From the IMG/VR virus record IMGVR_UViG_2627853916_000003, positions 27,868 through 91,867 of that record: a stretch of DNA of 64,000 nucleotides. One strand, 5' to 3'. Position 1 is the first letter of the stretch. Each line of letters opens with the position of its first letter. Shown piece after piece: positions 1 through 10,109 of the stretch. This stretch comes from a virus. Its lineage: Duplodnaviria > Caudoviricetes. The notes beneath the pieces were generated by a model. It saw only the letters and a program-made list of their open reading frames with translations. It was not told the origin of the DNA and did no database searches. The translations under genes were made by a program, and so were the position numbers.

Positions 1-673
1 CATCGATGAGTAGGCCGCCAGTCAATGTACCGCCTGACAGTTTTAGGTAGCGGCCATCGGCTTGTGCTTGTGTCATCTTCGACGCTGCAAGGTCATACGC
101 TTTCTTAACTGCACCTGCCGCCGCAAACTTCACGTCACTGGCATCGTTAACCGCCGCTGTGAATGCGTAGTTAGGTACGTTGGATAAGCCAACTTGAGCT
201 TTTGTAACCTTGTGTGGGTTTGATGTGTCGGATTTGTGTTGAGCGATATTGGTTGTAATAGCTGCTACCGCATCACCTTGATCCATTAACGCATCACCTA
301 GCTCTTTGATTGTGTCGAGCGCTTCTGCTGGCGCACCACCAATCAAAGTGCTGATACGGTCGTCGGTGTGCTTGTTCGCGTTTGTCTCTGCTTGCTCTGC
401 ACGGTCATAAGCAGCGTTACCGCGATTTAAACCCTCAACGCCTTTGTCGTATGCCTGTTTAACAGCACCAGCGGTCGCAAGTTTGCTGTTGGATGTATCC
501 GATACCGAGCTGGTGGCCGGATAGTTTGGTACGTTACCTAAGCCTACTTGCGCCTTTGTGACTCCGTGCGGGTTTGTTTTCTTGCTAGCATGCTCATCAA
601 CTTTCGTAGCGATTTCTTCACGAATTTTGCGAGCCGGACTACCACCAACCTGAGTCAATTTATTTAATGCCAT
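1..673 (-). CDS. Tail fibre protein (partial, runs off window start)
   Basis: Manual translation from ATG at 673: MALNKLTQVGG... with two NPHxVTKAQVGLxNVPNY repeats and YLKLSGGTLTG, typical fibre motifs. Confidence 0.85.
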   Translation of the reverse strand, partial: MALNKLTQVGGSPARKIREEIATKVDEHASKKTNPHGVTKAQVGLGNVPNYPATSSVSDTSNSKLATAGAVKQAYDKGVEGLNRGNAAYDRAEQAETNANKHTDDRISTLIGGAPAEALDTIKELGDALMDQGDAVAAITTNIAQHKSDTSNPHKVTKAQVGLSNVPNYAFTAAVNDASDVKFAAAGAVKKAYDLAASKMTQAQADGRYLKLSGGTLTGGLLID

Positions 674-769
674 TCAGAAATATGCCTTTCTCAATTCATT
701 GACTAGCAACTCCGACAAAGCGCCGGAGCCACGTTGTTAGTGGGGAAGTAGGAAAGGAAAGGGCATGGC

Positions 770-1888
770 TTATTTGAAGCCGATAACAGTCACAATGTCG
801 CCAGCTTGTAGCTGCTCACCGAACGTAATTGTGTTGCCAGATAGATTCCATACACCTGCGTTTTGCATTACACCGCATACGCTTAGAACAAGAACGGCAG
901 TGATAGTACCTGCTGGCAGAGTGACGGTAGTTGATGCCGCTTCGACGGTAATATCGACAGTGCGGATCGCGTCTTTGATTGAGGTTGCTACGCTTGCTTT
1001 GGTCGCGTATTTGCCGTCAGATTCCGCTTTGGTGTATGACGAGCCACTTGCAGCAAGGCCGCTACGCGCTTCTGAAATGATTTGCGCTTTTGTCGCGTTC
1101 TCAAGTTTCGCTGCGTTAGCGGCAGTTTCGCCAGCACCTAGCGCGCCCACGTCTTCTGCTGTTAGCGCGATGTTTTGGCTTAGCGCGTGACCGTTGATAG
1201 TGCGAGTCTTTGGTACTGCATTCACAACACGAGAGTCGTTACCCTCCATCACTGTGCCAGCGGCATTACCAAAGTTTTTGTTGAACGCTGTGTTTTTGCT
1301 AAACGCTGGCTCTGCGCCTACGTCTGTAGCTTCAAGCACTACGTTACCGCGCTGGCCGTTAACAGATGAAACCGCATCGGTAGGTGTTAACAGCTCTTGC
1401 CAGTTCGCCAGTGTGCTTGCTGGTTGGCGCATAAGAACGAATGATTTACGCAGATCCGAACGGATTGCCATATCACCCTCTTGTGCCACCAGCGCAAGCA
1501 TTTCCGCTTCTGACTTAACAGGGAACGTTTCTTTGATAGCGATAGCTGGCAATTGACCTTGTGGGATCTTACCTGTGCTATCTAGCGTAGCCACACCCTC
1601 TGCAACGCCTTTCTTGTTGTTCGGGATGTAGTCGTGAGTGTGGCTTACTGGCGCTGCGCCAACGTCAGTATGAGTCAGAGTCACATCACCTGTTAGTGGC
1701 TTGTTGTTGATAGTGCGAGAGGTAGGAACAAGGTTCGCGCGCGCTTCACTAACAACTTGAGCCTTAGTTTTGCCCTCAAGTTTTGATGCGTCTGCCGCGC
1801 GAGCGCCTACTGGCAATGCGCCAACGTCTTGTGCTGTTAAGTCAGAAACGAGGCGGTTAATGCGAGTTAATTTGTTTTGTGTAGCCAT
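770..1888 (-). CDS. Tail fibre/extender protein
   Basis: Repeats of RTINxxxL..D/NxxLTxxDVGA, a GVATLDSTGKIP motif and a C-terminal GVMQ...GDIV beta domain. Confidence 0.85.
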   Translation of the reverse strand: MATQNKLTRINRLVSDLTAQDVGALPVGARAADASKLEGKTKAQVVSEARANLVPTSRTINNKPLTGDVTLTHTDVGAAPVSHTHDYIPNNKKGVAEGVATLDSTGKIPQGQLPAIAIKETFPVKSEAEMLALVAQEGDMAIRSDLRKSFVLMRQPASTLANWQELLTPTDAVSSVNGQRGNVVLEATDVGAEPAFSKNTAFNKNFGNAAGTVMEGNDSRVVNAVPKTRTINGHALSQNIALTAEDVGALGAGETAANAAKLENATKAQIISEARSGLAASGSSYTKAESDGKYATKASVATSIKDAIRTVDITVEAASTTVTLPAGTITAVLVLSVCGVMQNAGVWNLSGNTITFGEQLQAGDIVTVIGFK

Positions 1889-1960
1889 AAAAGATCCAAT
1901 TTATTTATTAGTTAAAAAGGGCATTTATGGGGAATAGGTTTTGGGGAATGTAGAAACTGA

Positions 1961-3220
1961 TTAGCCGACCAAGGTGATCTCCGTTCCTGCTGCAATTTCG
2001 TCAACAAACCGGATAACACCAGTGTCAGGCACGATGGTGTAAGCAAAGTCTTTCGATTGTTGCACGCCTTGTAGGAACACAAGCTTAATCGCACGCTCTG
2101 CAAAAGCTGGCGGGATAGCGAATGTGTTCGAGGTGTTAGGGAAGTGGCTATGGAAAACTTCCATAGGCGAGCCAGTAGCACCGCTATTGATGATGGATTC
2201 AAGCTTATCGATGTATTCTTGAAGCTCGGCAATGATCGTGCTTGATGTTGCCGATGGCGAACCAAGCGTAATCACCACTTCATCACCCTCCTCAAGTGGC
2301 TCGGCCACTTCGACTTCGTTCGTGCCTTTGAGGAACTGCCAAGCGCTACCTTTGGTCTGCACAATGCCTTGAATGGACATTGAATCCACTTCCGGCACTT
2401 CATAAGGCAATGCGATTTTTGTCTCGCCGCCAACCGCAATATATGGCCAATGCTCAACCGCTTTGTTGTAGGCCGCGACCGCTTTATCGTGGACTAACTT
2501 GATCGCTTTTGCCGTGGCATACAGCTGATCGCTATCTACGTTAATCTCACTGGTTGCCGCCCAGTTGTTTACCAAGCCAAGGCCAACTTGAGCTTTGGTT
2601 ACGTGGTGCGGGTTTTCACGGTCTGCGTAGTGCGCTTTAGCCTCGGCGCGCATCGCATATTGCTTGTGTGGGTCTGGATGTGAAACGTGACCTTGTAGGT
2701 CATAACCGCCTTGCTCACGGTCATCAAAGTTGAGGTGTTCTTGTTCCAGTTGGGTAGCGGTATCTGGCACGGTGACACGGCACAAAATCAAATGATGATC
2801 TTCAACCGATTCCAGTGGCAGCACCTTAACTTCTGACGCTTCAATCTCTGACGCTAAATCGACTTGTTTTGTCTTTACGCCGTACTTATAGAACGCTTCA
2901 AGCACTACGTATGATGTCGCACCCGCCGGAATTTCCACATCAATATCGTGTTGCTGGCGAACAGTTAGGATGTAGTCGTCACGCTCAACCAGCGCCACGC
3001 CAAATTGTTCACCACTGCTCACACGCAGTTTCATTCCACCAGCCGGAGCACATTCAAAGCCACGGAAAATACCAGCGCGAACGATGCCGTAGAATTTACG
3101 GTTTAGGCTGTTACTGGCCAGTGGCTCTAGGTACTGCGTATCGGTGATAAGCGGTAGCGCTTGCCAGTCCGTTAGCAGTGGTGGAATGATGATTGTTTCT
3201 TCGAAGTTTGGGCGACTCAT
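1961..3220 (-). CDS. Tail fibre anchor protein (P1 S-like N-terminus)
   Basis: Next to the R-like gene; HPDPHKQY and NPHHVTKAQVGL motifs; two C-terminal beta domains. Confidence 0.8.
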   Translation of the reverse strand: MSRPNFEETIIIPPLLTDWQALPLITDTQYLEPLASNSLNRKFYGIVRAGIFRGFECAPAGGMKLRVSSGEQFGVALVERDDYILTVRQQHDIDVEIPAGATSYVVLEAFYKYGVKTKQVDLASEIEASEVKVLPLESVEDHHLILCRVTVPDTATQLEQEHLNFDDREQGGYDLQGHVSHPDPHKQYAMRAEAKAHYADRENPHHVTKAQVGLGLVNNWAATSEINVDSDQLYATAKAIKLVHDKAVAAYNKAVEHWPYIAVGGETKIALPYEVPEVDSMSIQGIVQTKGSAWQFLKGTNEVEVAEPLEEGDEVVITLGSPSATSSTIIAELQEYIDKLESIINSGATGSPMEVFHSHFPNTSNTFAIPPAFAERAIKLVFLQGVQQSKDFAYTIVPDTGVIRFVDEIAAGTEITLVG

Positions 3221-3681
3221 TACGCACCAACCTGCGCCACTCTAGCGCTATCCGTGCGAGCCGTGTTGATCACGATTTCAATCGATAGGCCACGGTCTGA
3301 ATAAATCCAAATAGGTTGCGTAACAGCCACCAGAATTAGGCCGCCGCTTGCATCTTTCACGCCCACGCAAGAGAACTGGTGTTGTTCATCTTCTGCTAGC
3401 GTACCCGCTGGTAAGTTTGCCGTGATCACGATGTTGCCATTCACATAGGCATAGTTGGCCTTAGAACGGTAAAACACGTTTTCAATGGTTTTCTTGTCCA
3501 GTGGAATAGGCATGCAGCTAGGCTTGCCCTCAATTTCTTGGATAAGGTCAAAACCCCATTCAAGATCGCCAAATTGGAAATAAGGCGGAGTACCATTGGT
3601 AGGCAACGACGACAAGGCGCGTTCGTCGTAATAACGGTTAAGCAGTTCACACTGCGATAGGACTACTTTTTGTGTAAGCAC
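3220..3681 (-). CDS. Tail fibre assembly/collar protein (P1 R-like)
   Basis: Synteny between gp16-like and S-like genes; 153 aa. Confidence 0.6.
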   Translation of the reverse strand: MLTQKVVLSQCELLNRYYDERALSSLPTNGTPPYFQFGDLEWGFDLIQEIEGKPSCMPIPLDKKTIENVFYRSKANYAYVNGNIVITANLPAGTLAEDEQHQFSCVGVKDASGGLILVAVTQPIWIYSDRGLSIEIVINTARTDSARVAQVGA

Positions 3682-3738
3682 CTTTACGACCTCGTATAAG
3701 TCGTGGCGCTTTAATGGGACGGGGAATAGGAGTAGGGA

Positions 3739-4578
3739 TTAATAGTACCGTCTATCAATGGAGATCGCATCCAAGGGGATAGCATCCATTCGAGGTGTAC
3801 CATACATCGGGCTAACTGGACGTTCTTCCTGTGTCGTCGTTCCAGTCCGAACAAAGTCCTGTTTATAGCTTGGTGTTGATTCTATATCGGCAGTGACCTG
3901 TTTTCCAACCGTAACATGGTCGGAATAGTGGGGAATTTCCACCATGTCCATGACTTCGAACTCGATTGAGTACAATTGGCCATCTAAAACGATGCGTAGC
4001 GGGATAAGTGGATGTACCACTCGTCTGATTTTCGCCTCAAACGCTCGAATGGCTTCCTCGGTGATACCGTCCTCTCCTGCAATGTCATTCAAAGGGATTC
4101 GAATCGCGCCTCGACTGGTCAGGAAAAAGTCACTCGGGTTTAGTCCGTTTTGCAGCTCTAACTCTGACTCGGGAACTAAGAACGTGCCGTATGGGAATCG
4201 CTCTTGGTCTACTGGTGCATAGATTCGCTCCCACTTCACACGTAGCCCTTTAAACTCACGCGCGAGCGTAGAGATAAGCGGGTAGATGGTCTTTTTAAAG
4301 TGGATTTCGTCCTTACGCTGCATTACAACGTGTGGCAAGTCTTCGTCGGCCACTTCACCTAGTGGGAAGATTTTTCGCAGCTCTTTAATATCTTCTAGCA
4401 GCGATTCTTTATCCATTTCGTACAGGGACGAACGCGCCTTAAGCTTTTCAATGTATGACTCTACGTGCGTCTCGATAGAATCAGCGATGGCGCTTGCCAA
4501 ATCCACCCAAGCCGTTTCTTTTTGACGCGCCTTGGTTAGCTGGCCAGATAGCCATTTTCTAAAGTCTCCAAATGCCAT
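3739..4578 (-). CDS. Baseplate protein (P1 gp16-like)
   Basis: Synteny; 279 aa. Confidence 0.6.
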   Translation of the reverse strand: MAFGDFRKWLSGQLTKARQKETAWVDLASAIADSIETHVESYIEKLKARSSLYEMDKESLLEDIKELRKIFPLGEVADEDLPHVVMQRKDEIHFKKTIYPLISTLAREFKGLRVKWERIYAPVDQERFPYGTFLVPESELELQNGLNPSDFFLTSRGAIRIPLNDIAGEDGITEEAIRAFEAKIRRVVHPLIPLRIVLDGQLYSIEFEVMDMVEIPHYSDHVTVGKQVTADIESTPSYKQDFVRTGTTTQEERPVSPMYGTPRMDAIPLDAISIDRRYY

Positions 4579-4601
4579 GTTTTTCGCCTTGTTGGTCTGA
4601 A

Positions 4602-4752
4602 AGTTTTCGCATGCGAAAACTATACAGGATAGTGTTTCCTAAAGTTCTCGCATGCGAAAACTTTAGGGGATGCCATGTTTTAAAGTTCTCGCATGCGAAA
4701 ACATCCGTGTTTTCCATGCTCCGTGCGAAAAAGTTCTCGCATGCGAAAACTT
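4602..4752. repeat. Array of four palindromes AGTT(T/C)TCGCATGCGAAAAC(T), parS/sopC-like
   Basis: CATG centres at 4610, 4651, 4692 and 4740 (41/41/48 bp period); intergenic. Confidence 0.85.
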
Positions 4753-6150
4753 CTATGAGTAGTCGTAATTCAGTTGAATTGTTGACGTGCCCACATTCAA
4801 GTAGTGGTAAGTATCAATAGGGATACGGTCAAGAATGCCGACTACCTCAACCTCAAATTCCTTAATGCCTAGTGTCGCGTTGAGGTCTTGGATCACGTCC
4901 CAAATTTGGTTTTTGGTAATGCGCTCATTGCGGCTTGCTTGTTTACCAAATTTCGCATCCAACGCATCGGTCAGTACCTTTGTCGCCCATTCTGGATTTG
5001 AACTTGGATAAAGCTTGCCTTTGACCGTTACGGTAAATGGCACGTCCTTGCGTTCCACCAGCTTATAGCGTTCGTTATAGCCCTCACGGCCAGCGAATAG
5101 ATCTTGGATTTCCTTATTCAAAATCTCGTCGGTCTTATCGGCAGAGTAAGCGCTAATAAAGATCGTGTTGATGTTGCGAACGTCCGGCGTTCCTGTGAGT
5201 TTTTCCTGTTCCGCTTCGCCCCAAATGGACAACCAAGTAACACCCGAAATATTGCGCTTAACAAAGGTCATGTAATCCGAGTCCCACGCAATCTGCTCGT
5301 CATAGATTGGCGAGTAAAGGGCGTTGTTTCGGATAGATTCAATATCCTCCGGCTCTGCACCACCGATAATGCTGGTGGCGGTTTTGATCGCAAGCTGGTC
5401 TTTGTAGGCGCTTTGAATACCCATATCGATGAGCTCTAAAGGCTGCGCATCGAGTAGGGTAGTTACACCATTAGTCAGCCATAGCTCAAACTCAATTACA
5501 TCGCCCGTAGCTGGCGCACGACCGTTATTGTTGTTACCAAAACGAACGCCTAGCTGGTCGGTTGGCTTGTAATATTCCATGTAGGCTTTGGATTTGCCGT
5601 CCGTATTACGAAACTTAAAGACGTGCTCCCACACCTCACCGTTCACGCGCACAATGATGTTATGAATGCGCTTAGTCAGCGCTTGCGGAAATGCAACGGC
5701 TAACCAGTTATGCCCCTCATCGACCGTGTAGGTCATCTTGGACACTTCGAACTGTTGAACCTCTACGGACGCGCTTTCCTGTGGCATAAGATCTATGGCT
5801 TCCATTAGCGTGTAGCGTAATTGGTTGCCAGCAACGCATTGGCTGTATTTCGGCAAGGTAACGCGCTTAGTTCCGGTATTGGTCACTAGCGCACGGCCTT
5901 TCGATGGCGCTGCTTTTCGACCTACATAGCCCTCAGTTTCAGCGCCCGCCAAAATGGAAGTGCGCTTAGTCGCTAACGTCAAATAGGACTCTTGCAAAGC
6001 ACGGCTACTGATCGCTGCCACACGCTCAACAATCTTGGCCACAAACAAGCAAAGGTAGTCAACGAACTGCGAACCAATATGACGCGACCACCAGCTTGAG
6101 CCAGCAATCGCCTCGTTAAAGGTCTTTTTGATTTCTTCTAACTTACTCAA
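4753..6150 (-). CDS. bplA: Baseplate wedge protein (P1 BplA-like, gpJ-type)
   Basis: ESYLTLATKRTSIL and GGAEPEDIESIR motifs typical of baseplate J/gp6-like proteins; synteny. Confidence 0.75.
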   Translation of the reverse strand: MSKLEEIKKTFNEAIAGSSWWSRHIGSQFVDYLCLFVAKIVERVAAISSRALQESYLTLATKRTSILAGAETEGYVGRKAAPSKGRALVTNTGTKRVTLPKYSQCVAGNQLRYTLMEAIDLMPQESASVEVQQFEVSKMTYTVDEGHNWLAVAFPQALTKRIHNIIVRVNGEVWEHVFKFRNTDGKSKAYMEYYKPTDQLGVRFGNNNNGRAPATGDVIEFELWLTNGVTTLLDAQPLELIDMGIQSAYKDQLAIKTATSIIGGAEPEDIESIRNNALYSPIYDEQIAWDSDYMTFVKRNISGVTWLSIWGEAEQEKLTGTPDVRNINTIFISAYSADKTDEILNKEIQDLFAGREGYNERYKLVERKDVPFTVTVKGKLYPSSNPEWATKVLTDALDAKFGKQASRNERITKNQIWDVIQDLNATLGIKEFEVEVVGILDRIPIDTYHYLNVGTSTIQLNYDYS

Positions 6151-6494
6151 AACGTAATACCTCTTTCCAACGTTTGACCGTTCACAACGATCGTCAATTT
6201 GTAGGCATCGATACCGCTGACGTTTGGCTCTACGGCAATGCCGTGAACCACTGCGCCTTTCACGTCTATTGGGAGGGTTAATAGGATTGAGTTTTCGATA
6301 GCTGCTGCTGTGGTTTCGTTTACTGGTTCATGCTTGTATGCCCCTAATCTGTTGCCCCATTGCGGAGCGCCCCAAACTTGGCCTTGAGGTGTATCGAGCC
6401 ATTCAGAGACACGCGCAACGATCGCGTGTTTCTCATCGGCTACTTTTACACCGTCAATATCGACCCGTAGTAAGTAATCAATTTCTTGGCTCAT
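6147..6494 (-). CDS. Baseplate protein, gpW/T4 gp25-like (P1 PmgA-like)
   Basis: WLDTPQGQVWGAPQWG motif; synteny. Confidence 0.7.
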   Translation of the reverse strand: MSQEIDYLLRVDIDGVKVADEKHAIVARVSEWLDTPQGQVWGAPQWGNRLGAYKHEPVNETTAAAIENSILLTLPIDVKGAVVHGIAVEPNVSGIDAYKLTIVVNGQTLERGITF

Positions 6495-6498
6495 TTAT

Positions 6499-9168
6499 CT
6501 ACTCCATATCAGCGCTTTGACGCTGTAACGAACGGTCATCAAAGTTGAGAGGAATAGAGCCACTAGCCTTAGTGGATGACGCTGGCTTGTCTTTGCTTGA
6601 GCCACCGCTAGGCGCTGCAAAGATAGTGGTTGGTTTGGTTGCATCACTGCCGTTAACCGCGCGCCCAATGGCATCCAGTGAATGCTTGCTAAGTTCCACG
6701 GTTTGAGGCTTACCGCTCTCTTTGAGGTCTTTCATCGCTGCTTGTGCTTGCAGCTCGCTAACTCGCTCATTGCGTTGGATGGATGATTGAGTAGCGACCG
6801 TCTTATTCGAGGTGTTTTCGGTATCCACTTTCACCACGGATTGAGTGTCCGTTTTCTGCTTACTTAGCTCGGTATTGATGGATGATTCATGGCTGGCTGT
6901 GGTCACGCTGTTGGTTTGCGTGTTGTCTGCTGCCTTGGTTAGAGCGGCTACCGCCTCGGCCTCTTTGCGGCGTTTGATCTCCGCATCGACGGCGGCCACT
7001 TGCTCGGCTTTCTTTTCTGGCGAGTAGACTTGGCCAAGGTCGGGATGCTCGACCATACCGGACATATCCATGCCCGTTTCCTTGGCCACTTTCACACGTT
7101 TGTCCTGGCTATCTTGCTTTTCGCTTTTCACGGCAAGGTAAGCCTCTTTGTAGCTAATGCCTTGCTCGTTGGCCTTTTGCGCCACCTCCTGAGAGGTCAC
7201 TTGATTTGAGTTTTTCGCATCAAGTTCGCGCATGGCTTTCTCATCACCGGACGCTTTAGCCGTGTGGTAGGCTTCGGCACTCTTAAGGTGTTCCTCTTTC
7301 TCTGGCTTGGCCTTTTTGTCGCCCTCAATCTCGCCGCCAAACAGCTTGTAAATACCCTTGGCTAGATCGCCAGAATCAAAGGTCAACGCTTCCTTAGCGC
7401 CATCAAAACCGAACGCGCCAAGCGCCGAGCCAAGCAAACCAGCACCGCCACTGACTAGACCACCCAAATCAAGCACGTTCGCCAATGCCATTGAGCTTTT
7501 CTGGCCAGTTGTCGCCTCTTGGCCATCTTTGAGGTTGAACGTCTCTTTCTGCTTGTCTTTGTCAGTGAATCCGCTAAACGCATCGTAGGCCATTAAGGCC
7601 GGAGCAAGGAAAGGGATCGCCTTGCCAGCAACAGAGCCGATTTTAGACATACCTTTAAAGGCAGCACCCGCCATCGATACGCCCTTGCTGGCCACGTTTG
7701 AGGCTTTGCTACCAATGCCTGACATAACCGATTTGATTCGGCCACGTTTGCCACCCGCTTTACGGCCAGCACGTCCACCAGCACGGCCACGGCGACGTTC
7801 AAACATATCGCCAGCTAGGTCTAATAGACCGCCTTGGCCATCATTCGCCGCCGCTTTGGTTGCTGAAATCAGATCATCAAGCTTATCCAGTACATCATCG
7901 AACTGGCGTTCGCGGTCAGCGCTGGATTCATGCAATACCTCAAGCATGTTTGCTCGGTAGGTTTGCTCTTTGGTGTTTTTGATCTCGCTAGCTGTGCTTA
8001 TCCGGCTAGAATCGACCCCACCACGATTGACAGACACGTTACCCCTAGCACCATCACGGTTAGGTCGATCACTAGGCGTAATTTGCGTTGAATGGCTTGT
8101 CTCGAACGAATCTTTTGTCGCTGATAGTTGTTCATGGCTAATTGTCTCTATGGCTGTAACGGCCTGACTGTCTGCCTCGGGCGCTTTCTTGCCTCGGGTA
8201 AAGAGTCGGCCTAGTTTCGATTCTTTTAGCTTGTCTTTGGTTGAGGTGGCTTTTTCGGTCACATCATCCAGTGCGTCTTTAGCGTCTTGCCCTAAGTGGT
8301 AAAGCTCTTTAGCGGAGTAGAAGAACGAACCACCCGCCGCAGCGCCAGCCGCATCGGTCGCATCGTTTTCTTCCTGTAGGAACTCTTTCACGTTATTGAT
8401 GGCCAGTTGCTTAAGGCTGGTGGCCACCTTGGCAAAAACGTTCTGGCTTTCCTTTTCCGTGTCGGTTTGCTTTTCAATCTGGCGCTCTAATGCCGTTTGC
8501 TGCGCGTTCTTGTAAGCCGATTGCTCTTGCTTACTCGCATAGCGGCCATCGGAGCGTCGAAGTTTGCCGTTAGCGTCTTCCCAATAGCCCTCAAACTCTG
8601 CCAGTGCGTCAGAGACGGCCTTTTCTAGCTTCTCTGGCACATCATCAAGTATTGAGGTATCCAAACGCTCAGAATTGGATTCTGGCGCTTCTACATTCAC
8701 GACAACAGGCGCTTGTTTAACTGGTTCGCGCGCGACCTCGTTTTTCAGTGTGTCAGCAATAGGCGTAACGGCACTTACAGAGCTGTTTTGCTCGACCGCT
8801 TTAGCATCCGGTTTGGCCTGTGTCTCTGCTGGCTGACTAGGCGCAAATGACAGCTCAATTTCACCTGTTCGCTTGGTCTTGGTTGAGCTGGATTTAGGCG
8901 TTTCACTGGTTTGTGATTTTAATCCTTTTTGTGGATTGTTGCTCGGAATCGCAGAGACGTTAAAAGAGGCATTAGAAACACCCTTAGTCACCGCCTTTTC
9001 GATGCCTTTTGTATCTACAGCAAGGACAGCCTTTTTCTGGTTCGTTGGCAGCGTCTTACCATCGAGTTTACGACTAATCTCAGATAGCACGGCCAGCTCT
9101 CTGTCACTGGCTCGCTTCACTGCATCAACAACCAGCGATAGATCGACCTCTTGTTGATTTTTGTCCAT
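6499..9168 (-). CDS. Tape measure-like protein (P1 Sit position)
   Basis: 889 aa, Ala/Gly-rich and helical with a GKAIPFLAPAL segment; follows the chaperone gene. Confidence 0.7.
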   Translation of the reverse strand: MDKNQQEVDLSLVVDAVKRASDRELAVLSEISRKLDGKTLPTNQKKAVLAVDTKGIEKAVTKGVSNASFNVSAIPSNNPQKGLKSQTSETPKSSSTKTKRTGEIELSFAPSQPAETQAKPDAKAVEQNSSVSAVTPIADTLKNEVAREPVKQAPVVVNVEAPESNSERLDTSILDDVPEKLEKAVSDALAEFEGYWEDANGKLRRSDGRYASKQEQSAYKNAQQTALERQIEKQTDTEKESQNVFAKVATSLKQLAINNVKEFLQEENDATDAAGAAAGGSFFYSAKELYHLGQDAKDALDDVTEKATSTKDKLKESKLGRLFTRGKKAPEADSQAVTAIETISHEQLSATKDSFETSHSTQITPSDRPNRDGARGNVSVNRGGVDSSRISTASEIKNTKEQTYRANMLEVLHESSADRERQFDDVLDKLDDLISATKAAANDGQGGLLDLAGDMFERRRGRAGGRAGRKAGGKRGRIKSVMSGIGSKASNVASKGVSMAGAAFKGMSKIGSVAGKAIPFLAPALMAYDAFSGFTDKDKQKETFNLKDGQEATTGQKSSMALANVLDLGGLVSGGAGLLGSALGAFGFDGAKEALTFDSGDLAKGIYKLFGGEIEGDKKAKPEKEEHLKSAEAYHTAKASGDEKAMRELDAKNSNQVTSQEVAQKANEQGISYKEAYLAVKSEKQDSQDKRVKVAKETGMDMSGMVEHPDLGQVYSPEKKAEQVAAVDAEIKRRKEAEAVAALTKAADNTQTNSVTTASHESSINTELSKQKTDTQSVVKVDTENTSNKTVATQSSIQRNERVSELQAQAAMKDLKESGKPQTVELSKHSLDAIGRAVNGSDATKPTTIFAAPSGGSSKDKPASSTKASGSIPLNFDDRSLQRQSADME

Positions 9169-9298
9169 TTTTCACCTTGTCTTGGAGCGCTTTATCTAGG
9201 CTTATGGCCATCGTTTGAGGCGTTTTGAATACCGCATCGATAGGTTGGCCACCGTAGATCGTTAAGTTCTCAATCAGTACGTTCCAACCAACGTAATC
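9125..9298 (-). CDS. Probable +1 frameshift extension of tail chaperone (GT-like)
   Basis: Open +1 frame bridges the chaperone stop to the tape-measure start; TTT-TGA and CCC-TTT-C shift sites. Confidence 0.5.
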   Translation of the reverse strand, partial: DYVGWNVLIENLTIYGGQPIDAVFKTPQTMAISLDKALQDKVKNGQKSTRGRSIAGC

Positions 9299-10109
9299 AA
9301 AACGTTGTAATGAAGTCGTTATTCCGAAAGGGTAAGAGCAACGTTCGAGTTGCTTCACCTCCTTGCTCGATAACTTTCTGGCATTGCGCAATGGTAGCGA
9401 CTAGGTAATAGCGACCCTCATCGTACTTAGTGAGTAAGCCGTGACGCGCATTGCGTAGGCACTTTTCAACCTTGGCAAAGGCCACACGAAATTCCGTGTT
9501 GAGGTACATCGATTTCAATAGGTCGATTTTCCACACTAGAGCATCGTCTTGGTCTTTCGGTTGTTCTTCGAACGTTAGGCAGTAGGCCAGCTCAGTGAGC
9601 GCCATGCGGTTAGCTTGTTGCTTCCATTCAGCGCTGTCCGGTTCGTACTGGTCGCGCTCATTACGAATGTTCTCAAGTTGCTCCGCTTCGTAACCGGTTA
9701 GTGGTTTCACGTTCGCAAGGTATGGCTTGCCTTTCACGCTTAAGGTGATCTCTTGTTTTGGCAATCCATTGAGCGCTTTGGCCGATTCCATTAGCTCGCC
9801 CATATTGAGATCGAGATAGTGAGTTTCTTTGCAGTGCTCGCACTCATAACTAAATGGAATTGTGCCTAGCTCGCTGGTGGACATAAAAATCCACCACAAC
9901 GCTGCACGGCGATCTTCACCAGTCCATAGGCCGCTATCACTCATAGGGCGCTTGCTGGTGTCTTGCATGTGGTTCAGATAGCGAGTTGTGTTGGCTTCCT
10001 CTTGGTACTCGTTGAGGTCGCAGAACAATAGAGCGTCTTCCACGGTTGGGACTCGAAACTCAATCACTTCTGAAATGTTACTTGGTAGTGGAAATGATGG
10101 AATGTGCAT
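9297..10109 (-). CDS. Tail/baseplate assembly chaperone (P1 PmgB-like)
   Basis: CEHC zinc motif; lies between the tube-like gene and the tape measure. Confidence 0.65.
   Translation of the reverse strand: MHIPSFPLPSNISEVIEFRVPTVEDALLFCDLNEYQEEANTTRYLNHMQDTSKRPMSDSGLWTGEDRRAALWWIFMSTSELGTIPFSYECEHCKETHYLDLNMGELMESAKALNGLPKQEITLSVKGKPYLANVKPLTGYEAEQLENIRNERDQYEPDSAEWKQQANRMALTELAYCLTFEEQPKDQDDALVWKIDLLKSMYLNTEFRVAFAKVEKCLRNARHGLLTKYDEGRYYLVATIAQCQKVIEQGGEATRTLLLPFRNNDFITTF

Noticed and set aside
1-3220. Diversity-generating retroelement or invertible fibre segment
   Set aside because: No reverse transcriptase, TR/VR pair or invertase in the window; the repeats are protein-level fibre motifs
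4602-4752. CRISPR array
   Set aside because: Only four self-palindromic units with ~20-bp gaps, and no cas genes or leader; fits protein-binding sites better
6499-9168. Lytic transglycosylase domain as in P1 Sit
   Set aside because: No recognisable ES...G..Q catalytic motif by eye
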